Below are positions 37,636 to 50,760 of a DNA stretch of 64,000 nt, piece after piece. How positions within the stretch are numbered: position 1 is the first letter of the stretch; every line of letters begins with the position of its first letter. This DNA is from Octopus vulgaris (Eukaryota): the NCBI GenBank assembly GCA_951406725.2, contig OX597827.1:29016001-29080000 (forward strand), written 5' to 3'. The translations under genes were made by a program, and so were the position numbers. The notes beneath the pieces were generated by a model. That model was not told the DNA's origin. It made no database searches and saw nothing but the letters and a program-made list of their open reading frames with translations.

Positions 37636-39529
37636 CAAAATATTTGCTGAAATATGGGGTCGTGAAGGTGCAGGAAATCTAAAGGACCTGATAACTTTAC
37701 ATCCGGTGCCAAACAAACAGCAATGAATTCATCAGAAATTATGAAACCAAACTTTAAATAAAATTAAAAACTGAATACAGTCATGTTTACAAAAGTAAAG
37801 AAGATTAACTAAACGAAGTGTAATTTTATAGCTAAATCAATTATCTTATTTTAAATTAAATTAATGTTGTTTAAGTTAATTATAAATTAATAGCATTGCT
37901 TTAATGTCTCAAATTAAGCTATCAGTTTTAATCTGCAGTGCCGAACACTTACTGTAGAAGAGTCATTTACATATTTTATGAGGATTCGGTTGGCAAATAA
38001 ACTAAAGATAGTTCAAATTCTCTTCTAACTCCCAAGATTTTGTGACATAAACAACAATTAACGCTAATTTCTTGAAATAATACACGAATTTAACAGGCTA
38101 TTAATACACAGGTACAAAGTAATTATTATTATACATATTTAACAAGAAGATTAACTGGGTAAAACAACGGATATTGTAGGACTAAACAGTCGCTAGGGTT
38201 CATTATCCGTTTCATTGTTAATTGTTGATATTAGAAAACGTCCGTTTTGAATTATAATGACAAAATAGAGACTAGTGCAGGCATGGGAAACCTTTTTCAA
38301 AAAGCGAGCACCTATGGCTTATCATCAGGTGGATAGCATTGCTAAAACGATTCGAGTTCATTTTTGGTTAGGTGTGCCACCGTGAAAGTCTACAGTCAAG
38401 AAAACAAAATTAACACATTGCAGCCTGATTCTGAAAGTAAATATTGCACTCACCAAGGAATATAGTTTGTGTGATGGTGCATAGATGAATGATAAATATA
38501 AGAGTGAGTAAGTAATAAATACGAGAGTCCTATACTATGGTATACTTGGGAGTTACTAATAATCCAGGCATGAGTTATTGCATAAAAGTTTACGGACCAG
38601 TCTAGTTGTTGAAGACATCTGCTATTGAACTTTACCTAAATTCACACATACCTTGTATATCTCTTCTGTCAGTTTGTCTAGCACCGTTAAACTTGATGCT
38701 AAACTAATAAATTCAAAGGATTTTGCTAATAGTAACGATTAGAGGAAAATGTGAACCATTTTCCAACGATTTGTGTGAAGTCCAATCAAATGCTGATGTG
38801 CAGTTCAACATGAAATTTTCGATGTGTTTGTCAATATTATTGAGTATATATTGTTGCAAATGTGCAAGTCATTAGTTATGCATTACTATAGAAATGGTGA
38901 AATTCGAAATTATGCTTCAAAAGGCATCATAGGCAGTTATTTTACTCAAATATTCAGAAATCTAGTATCGAGGTACTAAATGATAAGCTTCGAATAAATC
39001 TATAAAACAGCAATGTATATGGAGGACTTTTTCCTTATGCTTGCGCGCGCAAACACATGGTTACTCGCACACAAACGCACACACGCACACACACACACAC
39101 ACGCACGCACACACACACGCACTCAAACACGCGCAGATAGATAGATATACATTTGTAGTCTGTATCATAGCGAAATTTAAATGTTTAATTATATGCATTG
39201 TTTTTGCATTGGTAAGTACTAATTTACATCTGTGTATAAATATATTATTCAATAGCAACTACATAAGGTAAACACATACACCCAACACATGCGTGAACGC
39301 ATACACATTCACGCGCGCGCGCGCACACACCGAGGAAGACGTCAAAAGAGACGGTTAGATATAGAGATAGATACGAATTTGTGTGCAGCTATGTGTATGT
39401 CATAGATCTATATACTTTATATTTATGTAACAGCTCAGAGGTGGATTGATAGATTACGGATCAATTTACAGATATACAAACAAGTAGCTGAAGAAGGAAA
39501 GACAGACTGACTGGAAAACAAAGACATAC

Positions 39530-39780
39530 CGCTAAGTTTCGAGGACGTAAACACACCAACATCGGTTGTCAAGTGATGGTGGGGGGACAAATACAGACAC
39601 AAAAACACACACACATATTTATATATATACACATAAATATACACGAGAAGCTTCTTTCAGCTTCCGTTTACCAAATCTACTCACAAGATTTTGGTCGAAC
39701 GGAGGCTATATTAGAAGATACTTGCCCGAGGTGCAACGCAGTGGGACTGAACCCTGAACCATGTGGTTGGGAAGCAAGCT
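39530..39780 (-). mobile_element. SINE family A fragment
   Basis: Matches 60803-61182. Confidence 0.8.
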
Positions 39781-39841
39781 TAAATATACAAGTATGTAGA
39801 TATAGGTGAACAAACACACATATGTACATCGTATGTACATA

Positions 39842-39872
<31 letters not shown>

Positions 39873-40039
39873 GTTTTGTGCTTAATTTATCTTGATAAGC
39901 ATACCCATATATAATATTACTATAAGCGTCGAAATTAGTTGACAACAAACAGCACAACCAATTTATTGAGAATTCTTTTTAGAAATAGTTTATTAATGAA
40001 TCTAATTATAGCGGCATTACTCATAACACAGCACATAAT

Positions 40040-40445
40040 GGAAGTCTGTAGGTGTTCGACAATGACTTAGTGCCACCGGAGGTGGGAGCGGAACCCAAAG
40101 GCGAACACGCAGACGCGGCCACATATTGGGCACGTAACAGCAGAAGTAGGGTTGGGGATCCTCTCTTTGCGAGCTTGTCGCTTCTGGTCCAGGCTTTTGA
40201 GGCGCTTTTCCTCGAACAGTCTAACACCCTTTTGGACAGCTGAACGCCAGGCGCTGCGGTCAGAGGCAAGCGATTCCCGGCCACGGGCTGAAATGCCGCA
40301 GGCCTCAAGGGAAGTTTTCAGATTGTTCTTGTATCGCCTCAGTGGCCTTCCAAGGTTTCTTGCTCCAGAAGCCAGCTCAGAGAAGATCATCTTTGGTAAA
40401 CGCGCTTCGTCCATTCGGACTACAAGTCCGACCCCCCGGAGCTAG
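40040..40445 (-). mobile_element. RTE (BovB-like) LINE 3' fragment
   Basis: RMDEARLPKMIFSEL..G.R..GRP..RYKN..K, DRSAWR, C-terminal CPICGR...SHLRWH zinc finger. Confidence 0.9.
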
Positions 40446-40725
40446 GCTCAGTACATATACTAACATAAATACACAACATTGGCACTTGCTTAAAAGAAAA
40501 ATGAAAACAGAAATAAATGCGGGATCTCATGATTTATAATTATAGGAATGACATTTTGTATTGCAACGTTAAGATGTAGACTAACCTGGCGATAATGTCT
40601 ATTCAAATCGCGTCTACCTGCCTTTAAAAGAAGCAGTTACACACATAATAGCCTTGACATGTTGGAGTGAGACTGTGACAGTCTACAGTCGTTGATGGTA
40701 AGAGTTGATTTAGACACTGGACAAA

Positions 40726-41085
40726 GGCGGCGAGCTTGCAGAAACGTTAGCACGCCGGGTGAAATGCGTAGCCGTATTTCGTCTGCCGTTGCGTTCTTTG
40801 TTCAAATTCCGACTTTATCTTCATCCTTTCGGGGTCGATTAAATAAGTACCAGTTTTGCACTGGGGTCGATGTAATCGACTTAATCCGTTTGTCTGTCCT
40901 TGTTTGTCTGAAATGCTTAGCGTATTTCGTCTGTCTCTATCTTTTGAGTTCAAATTCCGCCGAGGTCGACATTTTTTTTCATCCTTTCGGGGTCGATAAA
41001 TTAAGTACCTGTTGCATACTAGGGTCGATCTAATGGACTGCACACCCCACTCCCAAAAAGTTCGGGCCTGGCGCCTAGAGTAGAA
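40726..41085 (+). mobile_element. SINE family B with internal duplication
   Basis: ggcggcgagcttgcagaaacgttagcacgccggg; catcctttcggggtcgat occurs twice. Confidence 0.85.
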
Positions 41086-42485
41086 AAGGATTTAGAAACT
41101 GAATAATTCCAAGCGACCTCTAGTGTCACTATAAAAAAATATGATGGAACCATAATAAAGAGTTTTAAAAACTACGTTATTGGAGCGTTACAAGTGAAAT
41201 TGCATTTACAGATGTTGGGGTGCGTGTGTTTATGTGTGTGTGTTTGTATGTATATGCATGCAATTGAACTCCATTACATGTATTCCTTCGTTTTGGTTCT
41301 CCACCGTTAGTTTGCGGCCATTGCTCTCCCTTCCACTGCAGTTGCAATCTGCTGCTTAATACAGATATCATTTGATGGCATCCTTATGAAAGATTTTTTT
41401 CTGGTGCCCAGATTAACAGCTTGCGCATTTTAGCACAGTCTTTGAGATTTTTATCGTCTTCTATGTGGATCCTGTATCCCACCCAACACAAGTTCGATTC
41501 CCGTAAATTACAATCAAACGCCATTTGTCTGTCCTTGAAATTTTTGCTAGATGAAAATAATCATGTCTGTCCTCCTAAACATACGAAATTCAGATAGGAT
41601 TTCACGAAGAATTTGTTTTGATACATTCTGCAATATTTGAAGTTGTGTTTTTAATAGAGCGGTTCCTGCAACAGAAATCAAGTGACACTTCAGCTGGGTG
41701 AAGTGTGGGGACTTTCAGAGAATGACTATCTCTGCTCGTGTCAATGTAATCCCGTAAAAAGCGTGATGCAAATGATGGTTTTACAACGCTTCTAGTAGCA
41801 GGCTAAGCTATTGCTTAGTTATTGCTTCGTTATTGCTGTTGTTTAACCCCTCGTCAAGAAGCAGGCATATGCTAAAAGGCGTTCCGATAATGCGAATGCT
41901 GTTTTGTTCTTATGCGAGCAGAACCCTAGATCGTGTGATTTGAGTAAGATTTAGTTGCAGTTTTCTATCGGGTCGCGCAAACTATAGTGCATCTTTTAGC
42001 TCTCAAGTGGGTATATTTTACAGTGTGACTATATGAGCTTCGTTAAATTCTTGAGAACGATTGCTTCATTCTCAACATTCCTTACTTTAAGACTTCTATG
42101 AGTAGGCCTCCAAAACTAATCACTTTCCTTTTGTTTATCTCACAGATTTGAATTGGCTGTTCCTTAATATTAGGTTGTATATCTAAACTGATTTCTTTCT
42201 AAATGTGTGAGTTACATTCCAGGGCTATTTTAATAACTCACTGAAATTTTCCCACAAGCACTGTATAGTGTCATTTACTTTTTTTTTTACTAGTCCGTTT
42301 TCACGTTTAGCAAGGACTGGAATTTACAGATACTGTATTTCTTTTGTTGCAAAATATCCACGTTTTGAGTCGGTTGCTATGGTACCGTTTATCGAAATCC
42401 AGTGAGAACAGATGTAACTTTTTCGTTTATCAGATCACAGCTTTTCTATGATTACATCATTTTTAGTAATTCAGTTTGTATGATC

Positions 42486-42686
42486 ACGTGGGGGTGCTGA
42501 AAAGTTCCTGGATTTGAGTAAAAGAAAATACAAGAAATCAGTTAATTGTGATTTTACCCAACATATTCCCTTCTCAGATTCACACACTTATTGCAACAAT
42601 CCTTCTGGTTTTTTAAACCCTGTAAAAGAACACGGAACGTTGGGCCTTTCGCGATACCCTTAAATCCAAGAACGTTTCAGCACCCG
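42486..42686. mobile_element. Mariner-type MITE
   Basis: Imperfect TIRs gggtgctgaaaagttcctggattt / aaatccaagaacgtttcagcaccc. Confidence 0.65.
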
Positions 42687-45018
42687 ATCACATTCACATA
42701 GGGCCCCATAGAGTACAACGGTTACTCTGCAGGTTGCCTCACACAACTGCGATTAGCAAGATTCAGCTCGAGCAATGTCAACTGGTATACTGTCACGTGA
42801 CTTTTCTACTTGGTTAATCTTATCCTCTACAAGTGTACGTTCGCGCTTCAGAGATTTTATGCTGTTGATATTCAGTCGCTTTGTTACAGCCTTTCCGGAT
42901 TCCTCGCATTTTCATCTCACATTCAAATTACATATAGTATGCATCAATGTATGACCAATGGAGCAATCAGCGCTCTTCAAGACTCGTTTACAGATTTTTT
43001 CGCAATTATATTTTTGCGAATAAGTGCGTATTCCACCAGCCATCACTGTTTTTATTTTCTACTTTTTAAATTTCGTTACACCCACCTTCGTTCTGAAATT
43101 TCTAAAGACAAATCAGTTTGATTTAATTCCTTCTTGTATTTTTCGACAAGAGAATTGTAAACCTGCTTTGCATGATATCTCAATCAACTTCAAATGAAAT
43201 TGAGTGGAAAGTTTTTAGCGGTGCTTCTATCAAAATCTCCCTGCACTAAGTCAGGCTATATAATTCCTAACAACGTCTAACTGGCCCTTTGAGTAGGATA
43301 TTAAGCATCTGTCACGCGTATGTATTACAGCTATAACACCAAAGTGGGCTGTCTTCGCCATTGGATTTTTTCCCAACTCAGCCAACACGATTTCATTCCT
43401 GTTTTAGAAAACCTCGCACCACAGATCAATCGGAGCATCGAATATGTATCAGTTTGTAGCGGAGGAGAGGTGAAAGCATCGTCTCTAAGTCGATGAAAAT
43501 AATGTTTATTTCTAAGCGACATTTATTCACCCTCTCACAGCTTCTCTAAACTTCCATTACGAAATTCTTTCGGCTTCAAACAAATGGTCTCAAATCTCTC
43601 TTTCCAAAATTTCTCCTCTCTCTCTCACACACACACACTTCTCTTCTATCTCCTCTCTATCACACATGTTTTAGCGTCTGTGTGTCTGTGTGTGTGAGTG
43701 TGTGCGTGTGTACTATGATTCAAACAGTGAAAATAGAACTCCACATATGAAATAGAGTATATATATATATATATACATATATACAGAGAGAAAGAGGAAG
43801 ATGGGGAAGAGAGGAAGGAGAGTGTGTGTATATATATATATATATATATAAACACATATATGTATGTATATGTATATCATTAGGTATGATAATACAGATT
43901 CGCAGTGTTGGTAAGTAGTGTTGCACGAAACTCTAGGCCGTTCACTTGTGTAACATAACATGTGATAAAAGAAAACAGAATATACACATACGTGGCTGCT
44001 GTTCAATAACTGAAAGCGGTAAACAAGAGGATCAGCTAAAGTTGACATTCTTTGCTAAAATCCTAAAAGATGAAATACAACTAAACACACACAAACATAT
44101 ACACGCAAATGCATATATATACGTTTGTATAGATATATGCACACAGACACACACACACGCGCACACAAGCACATACACAAATCCATACATATATACATAT
44201 ATATATATATAATATAAACGTAAATTTTATGCATATGCACATGTCTCTATGAATAAATACGTACATATGAATATAGACATGCATATATATGTATAAGCCA
44301 TATATATATATATGTATGTATATATATATATATATATATATATTATTTATATGTATACACATATAGATATACATACATACATGTGTGTGTGTGTGTGTGT
44401 GTGTGCGTGTGTGTGTGTGTGTGTTTGCGCGTGTATGTGTGTAAACAAGTATATTGATCTCGTTTGCCACACGTTGTTTGTTTGAAGTCACGACGTCGAG
44501 ATTTGCCGTCCTGTAGACATTTTGTAGTTATGGCCAGAAGCTACTAATAATGTTTCAGTCCAACTGCTAGCTGTTATCAATGGGTTGATTGCATCTGATA
44601 TGGAAATAACCAAACGAATAATATCTCAAATTACATAAGAATAGCCATGAAATGCCAATATTCATACCAATTCAAATAAACCGAAATCAATTTCCTTCAT
44701 ATATATATATATATATATATGCATGTATATGCGTTTATACATATATGTACGTATATGTATAATACATACACACACACACACACACACATATATATAATAT
44801 ACATATATATATATTGAGAGAGGGAGAGAGAGAGAGAGAAAGAGGAAGAGAGAAAGAGGGATTCATAACTAAGTAGATAGATATATAGGAAGATACATAG
44901 GTATATAGATCGATCGAGAGTCACACATTCACACACACAAACACACACCAATATATGAATATAACATATATATATATGTGTGTGTATATGTTTGTATGTA
45001 TGTATGTATGTATGTATG

Positions 45019-45116
<98 letters not shown>

Positions 45117-45595
45117 CACACGCATATACATCCATAGTCTGAATACGGGTTGTTAAGCTAAAAATGTTAAATACTTCGGTGAAGAAATATTTAAAACAAA
45201 AACATATCCTTCCTTGTTCTTTTAGATCGTTCCACAATCTGTTTTTCTCCCTGCACGGTTTGAAACAAATCTTTCAGTGGATAAAATGCTAATCAATCCA
45301 TTGTCTATAATCTGTATTCGATCGTTTTGAGTGCATGATATCTTGCAGGCAATTGTTATTAAACTCTAAACTAAGCTGTTACCTATATTTTGGGGAGGGT
45401 GTATATATCTTAACGCAGTTGTTCAACGATCTTATTGTTCGATCAATGTTTTCATTGCGTCAGCTTCTGATTCGAGAACTCTCTGGCGACGGGGGAAATA
45501 TGTAAGTCTGCAGTATTAATCGTACATACGATGATTTTGTTATTTCTAAACAAATCACTACTGTGAAAATTGGTATCTCCCATCTATCAGTCCGT

Positions 45596-45653
<58 letters not shown>

Positions 45654-45836
45654 AGGGAGAAATCACAAAAAAACAAAAGACGAAGACAGGTGGTGCAAAC
45701 AACAAACAGATGTATTAGTTTAACGCTCGGAAAGTGAAAATGATTTTAATGTTTCGACCCTACGCTCTTCCACAGAAAGAACACGGAAAGAAACAAGGAG
45801 AGAAAATAAAGAATGTGTAGTAGCTAGCGATCTATC

Positions 45837-45838
<2 letters not shown>
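45654..45838 (-). mobile_element. pLTR-like repeat (family of 1395) with hammerhead-like motif at 45742-45780
   Basis: Sequence match to 1395 and 18793; flanked by (AT)n and (ATGT)n. Confidence 0.6.
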
Positions 45839-45892
<54 letters not shown>

Positions 45893-46073
45893 TTCAACTA
45901 TGAAAACAAATAAAGACATCATTAATGATTCAGTTACAATTGTTTCTGGACCGCCTCTGATTTCAACACTAGTTCATGCAAAAGTTCCAAGAGAAAATTC
46001 GCGTAATATTTTTTCAATTTTAAACTTTAACAGGCCATTGCAAATAGTCTATCTCTCTACCTTCACGGGACCT

Positions 46074-46163
<90 letters not shown>

Positions 46164-46164
46164 C

Positions 46165-46212
<48 letters not shown>

Positions 46213-46328
46213 CGAGAGAGAGAGAGAGAGAGATAAACAGATAGATGGATAGACAGACAGACCGATAGACAGATTGGTAGACAGACAGACAGACAGATAG
46301 GCAGGCGTACAGACAGACAGACAGACAT

Positions 46329-46419
<91 letters not shown>

Positions 46420-46420
<1 letters not shown>

Positions 46421-47735
46421 GTTTCTTTATTGGCCACACAGGGCTGCACACAGATGGGACAAATTACAAAGTAGAGCTTTTCTTTTGGGGGATGAAAAAG
46501 AAAAAAAAAGTGGCGTATGTCTTCGATCAAAAGGGATCGTAAGAGGGAAAAAAGAAAGAAAGAAAAAAAGGAAAAGAAACGAAAGAAAAGAAAAAGAAGA
46601 AAAACAGAGGAAAAAAGGGGAAGAGGAGAGAAAACGATCAATAGGGATCGTGTATCACAGTGTCATGATGTACTTTGTAAAGGGAGAATCAGATAAGGTT
46701 TATCCGTGGGAAGAAAAGCCTACGAAAAAGACCACGGTAACCTCGGTCAATATTGTTATATGTTACAACATTTGTTTGCAAGTGGGTAACCCTCTGTTTT
46801 CAATTTCTGGGTCCATAGGATTATGCTCATACGTGCCATCCTTGCTACATTCACTCATCTTTTTTTGAAACATTCGCTAGACAAAACTTGCCTCTCTACT
46901 GTCACTTTCCTTTTCAAGTGGTACTTGAAGAAGTTGATGAGAGATTGACCAGAGAGGAAAGTATTTGTCTCCAGTCCTTTCAGACGCGTCCACCAGATAC
47001 ATTCTTTCGCCATAGCCACAAGGATGATGAAAATAGCTCTTCCTTCCCGTTTGAAGGAAGGAGGCGTGACAACATTGACGATAGACTCAGCTGATAAACC
47101 GACTCGTCCCACACGTGACAGCAGTTGTTCGACATAAGACCACAGGTCGGAAATTGTTGGACATTGCACGAGTGCGTGCAGAACGGTTTGGTCGCTCAGA
47201 CCGGATCTCGGGCAGGTCGGCCCATTGTTTCTCGAGCCGTGTCTGTAGAGCTTATCCCGAACAGGTAGCGCTTCTCGGTAGCACTGAAAGGCCAGGGATC
47301 TCTGAAAGTTGTCCATGGCCCTGGCCCGAAAGTCGTCCTGAACAGGCGGGTCAGGTATTCCTCGTCGACATCCCGGTTCGCCCGAGCTCGTCGTCGTACC
47401 TCCCCTCCACTAATCCCCTATAGAATGTTTGGGTTGTGTTGAAGTCACTCAAGGTCGACCCGGGACGGCAGAGTTGCTTGAGAGCAACGCGACACTCGCG
47501 GTGCCATTCGCCGTTTCTCGGCCTCTTTTTGATCCACGACTGCAGTTCGGTCATGGAGACGAGTTGCGGGAAAGCGTGCCTCACAAACAGCGACCTCACC
47601 TGTTCACCGTCGTTTACGTAGAGCCTGAGATGTCGCAGTCTCAGATCGTGTCTGCGCATCATCAACCACGGCATGCCCAGTCCTCTTTTAACGGGTGTTG
47701 ACAGCAAATGGATCGCCTGACCATCGGGACGCATC
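46420..47735 (-). mobile_element. Tx1/L1-clade LINE, 5'-truncated (ORF2 C-terminus plus 3' UTR)
   Basis: GLGMP.L, REALPVRDKL...CPR....TVLHALVQCP...LW (zf-RVT-like); 3' end ggccaataaagaaac abuts (TATC)n. Confidence 0.88.
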
Positions 47736-48372
47736 ACGCATGTATACTTTATTTTCAAGTGCAGAAATATGAATAATAAAAACGTAGGCTGGCCGTTATT
47801 GTTGTTGTTGAAATTTGTTTGATGTTTAATCGTCCAAATCAAACTTGAGTTGAAACATGTTGCAATCACAACCATTCCGACATTTTGTACATCGGCATCC
47901 CTATTGTGTAATATATTTTGTATATATGGATATATGATACGATATGAGAGAAATGGGGCAGCTATTTCTAATCGGCCGAGCGAACATATACAAACTTGCT
48001 TGTTCCACTCTGAAACCAATTCATATCCATTGATTTCACCATAATTGTCGACGGTAATTTATCAGAAATAATTTTCACTCATTCTTCAGAGTTCCTCTGC
48101 TTCAGAGAACTGGTTTGTATGAAGAGCAACGTAAGATATGAGATACTTAGAGAAAGTGTAATAGATTGTGAGACGAAGACTTCAGGTTACTTATATAGAT
48201 GGATTTACATTACCATCATTAGAAAAATAGGTTCCTACTGGTAATAAAGTTCAAGTTTTACGTTAAACATTAATGAAAACATACTGTATGTAGCTTATAT
48301 TTAACTTCGGGATCTCATGCACTGGAAATGGAAGCTGATGCGATAGTACGTCATAAGATTGAATCTGGTTCG

Positions 48373-48513
48373 TCAGTATCTTTGTTGCTCTTTTTTAAAC
48401 TTCTTGAAAACTAACTCGCCTACCTCTTCCTGTTTCTCTCTCGTTCTCTCGACGTAATGGGCGTCCTTTCTCACTTTGTGTTTCCAAGCCGTGATTTCTG
48501 AATAGGCTGTTTT
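48373..48513 (-). CDS. Probable terminal coding exon of an unidentified host gene
   Basis: Polypyrimidine-rich acceptor tttcgttgtttgtattgcag, then phase-0 KTAYSEITAWKHKVRKDAHYVERTREKQEEVGELVFKKFKKEQQRY*; non-repetitive. Confidence 0.5.
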   Translation of the reverse strand, partial: KTAYSEITAWKHKVRKDAHYVERTREKQEEVGELVFKKFKKEQQRY

Positions 48514-48859
48514 CTGCAATACAAACAACGAAAGCAAAAGCTGTGTCGTGGCCTGGCAGATATAATTGAAATAACACATTGAAAGGTCACCGAGCAACGT
48601 CTTCTCATTTGTATGACAGGTCAAACAATCGTGTGAGAGTAATCATTCTCGGAGGAAATGGGCAGGAAGTTATGGATGTGCGGCAACAATATCTTCCATC
48701 CACACTAAACAAACACAAACATACTAACACACACACACACACACACTCACACACCACATACATATACAGAAATACATCACACTTGCACATACACACACAC
48801 ACAGGCACATGCACACTAGCACACAAACACACACTGGGCAAACAGTGCATTTGTGTGTA

Positions 48860-48902
<43 letters not shown>

Positions 48903-49597
48903 TCATACATACACACATACACATACATACATTCATTCAAATACAATGTTCACCCATATAGACATATGCACACAAATACGCAGACACGTTTAAACCGTAC
49001 TCTCCTACATATCAACAGGTTGATAAGATATTCCCAAGTAGACATAGAACGAAATATACATGGACATACCTAAATACACACTCTTATAAACTCATTCATA
49101 CATAAAATTAGAATTCTTATCCGCAAATGCAATTTAACACACGCACATACATAGACACACGCACATATATATATATATATATATAAACAAATCAAATTGC
49201 GATAAAATAAAAATAATTATAATCGCTGGTATTTCTAACACAAGCCATATATTTTCCATATATCAGTACATTAAGGCGAAATATGTGCTAGGAACACAGA
49301 AGCTGGATAAATTTAGTGAAATGAAGATAAAAACGTTTACTAACTCGGTTATTCTCAGACTGCAGTTTCTTTCTTTTCAGCAATAAAGATAATTTATTTG
49401 CTCAGGGAGAATTCGTCAGTGAGAGCCCTGTTTTTCTGAGATCCTAACTCACTAGAATATATATATTTATTTTATAGAAGGAGCTTCTACAGGACTAGAA
49501 CTATTTCATTCAAAAGAAATCATCAAGAAATTAATTTACTCTGCTATGTATTGAGTACCTTATTTACTGTGGTTAACCCCGACTCAACCCGGGACCT

Positions 49598-49642
<45 letters not shown>

Positions 49643-49644
49643 CA

Positions 49645-50045
49645 GGCGCAGGAGTGGCCATGTGGTAAGATGCTTTCTCATCAACCACATGTTCTAGGTT
49701 CAGTCCCACTGCGAGGCACCTTGGGCAAGTGTCTTCTTCTATAGCCTCAGGCCGATCAAAACCTTGTGAGTGGATTTGGTAGACGTAAACTGAAAGAAGT
49801 CCGTCGTTTATATATGCGTGTGTTCGTGTGTGTATGTGTGCGGATATGTGTCTGCATTTGTCCACTCCCACCATCACTTGACAACCGATGATGGTGTGAT
49901 TATGTCCCCGTAACTTAGCTGTTCACCAAAAAAGACCGATAAATTAAGTACTAGGCTTACAAAAACTAAGTCCTGGGGGTCGATTTGTTTGAGAAAATAT
50001 GGTGCTCCAGCATGTCCGCACTCAAATGACTGAAACAAATAAAAG
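49645..50045 (+). mobile_element. SINE family A, full length
   Basis: tRNA-like head, ccttgggcaagt central domain, LINE-like tail. Confidence 0.9.
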
Positions 50046-50458
50046 AGTATATATATATATATATATAAACAACACGGCAGCATTACATAGAGATATATAC
50101 ACAAACATTCATACACAGAGTCAGGGTGAGAGAGAGAGAGAGAAGGATATGAAAATATCCGTATTTCAAATTTAAATTCAAATATGGAGAGGAAAAAATC
50201 GATAATCTTTACGTCCAATCCAGTTCTAAAAATATAGTTTTAATTGATAACAAGAATGATAACCACAATAACAACAACAACAACAATAATAATAATAATA
50301 ATGATGATGATACTACTACTACTAATAATAATAATAATACCAACAACAACAACAACAATAATAATAATGATGACGATGATAATAATAATAATAACAACAA
50401 CAACAACAACAACAACAATAATAATAATAATAATAATAATAATGATGATGATGATGAT

Positions 50459-50500
<42 letters not shown>

Positions 50501-50692
50501 AATAATAATAATAATAATAATAATAATTGCGTGTTTAGATGTTACTTGTCCGGTCACATTGATGCTTCTCGTCTTCCATAGTTACACATCTCTATTTAAA
50601 CACGCCATCTTTTCATTCCCATCGTTTTTAATTGCAATAACTTACAAGATATCATTTACTGACTTGGTTTCAAATGAAGCAAGTATTTGTGG

Positions 50693-50756
<64 letters not shown>

Positions 50757-50760
<4 letters not shown>

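Noticed and set aside
41270-41560. Possible old RTE-X fragment (LQW...GEPKR)
   Set aside because: Too degenerate to support
49485-49532. TTGATGA-ttc(tttt)gaa-GAAA motif on the minus strand
   Set aside because: Weak stems and AT-rich context; could be chance
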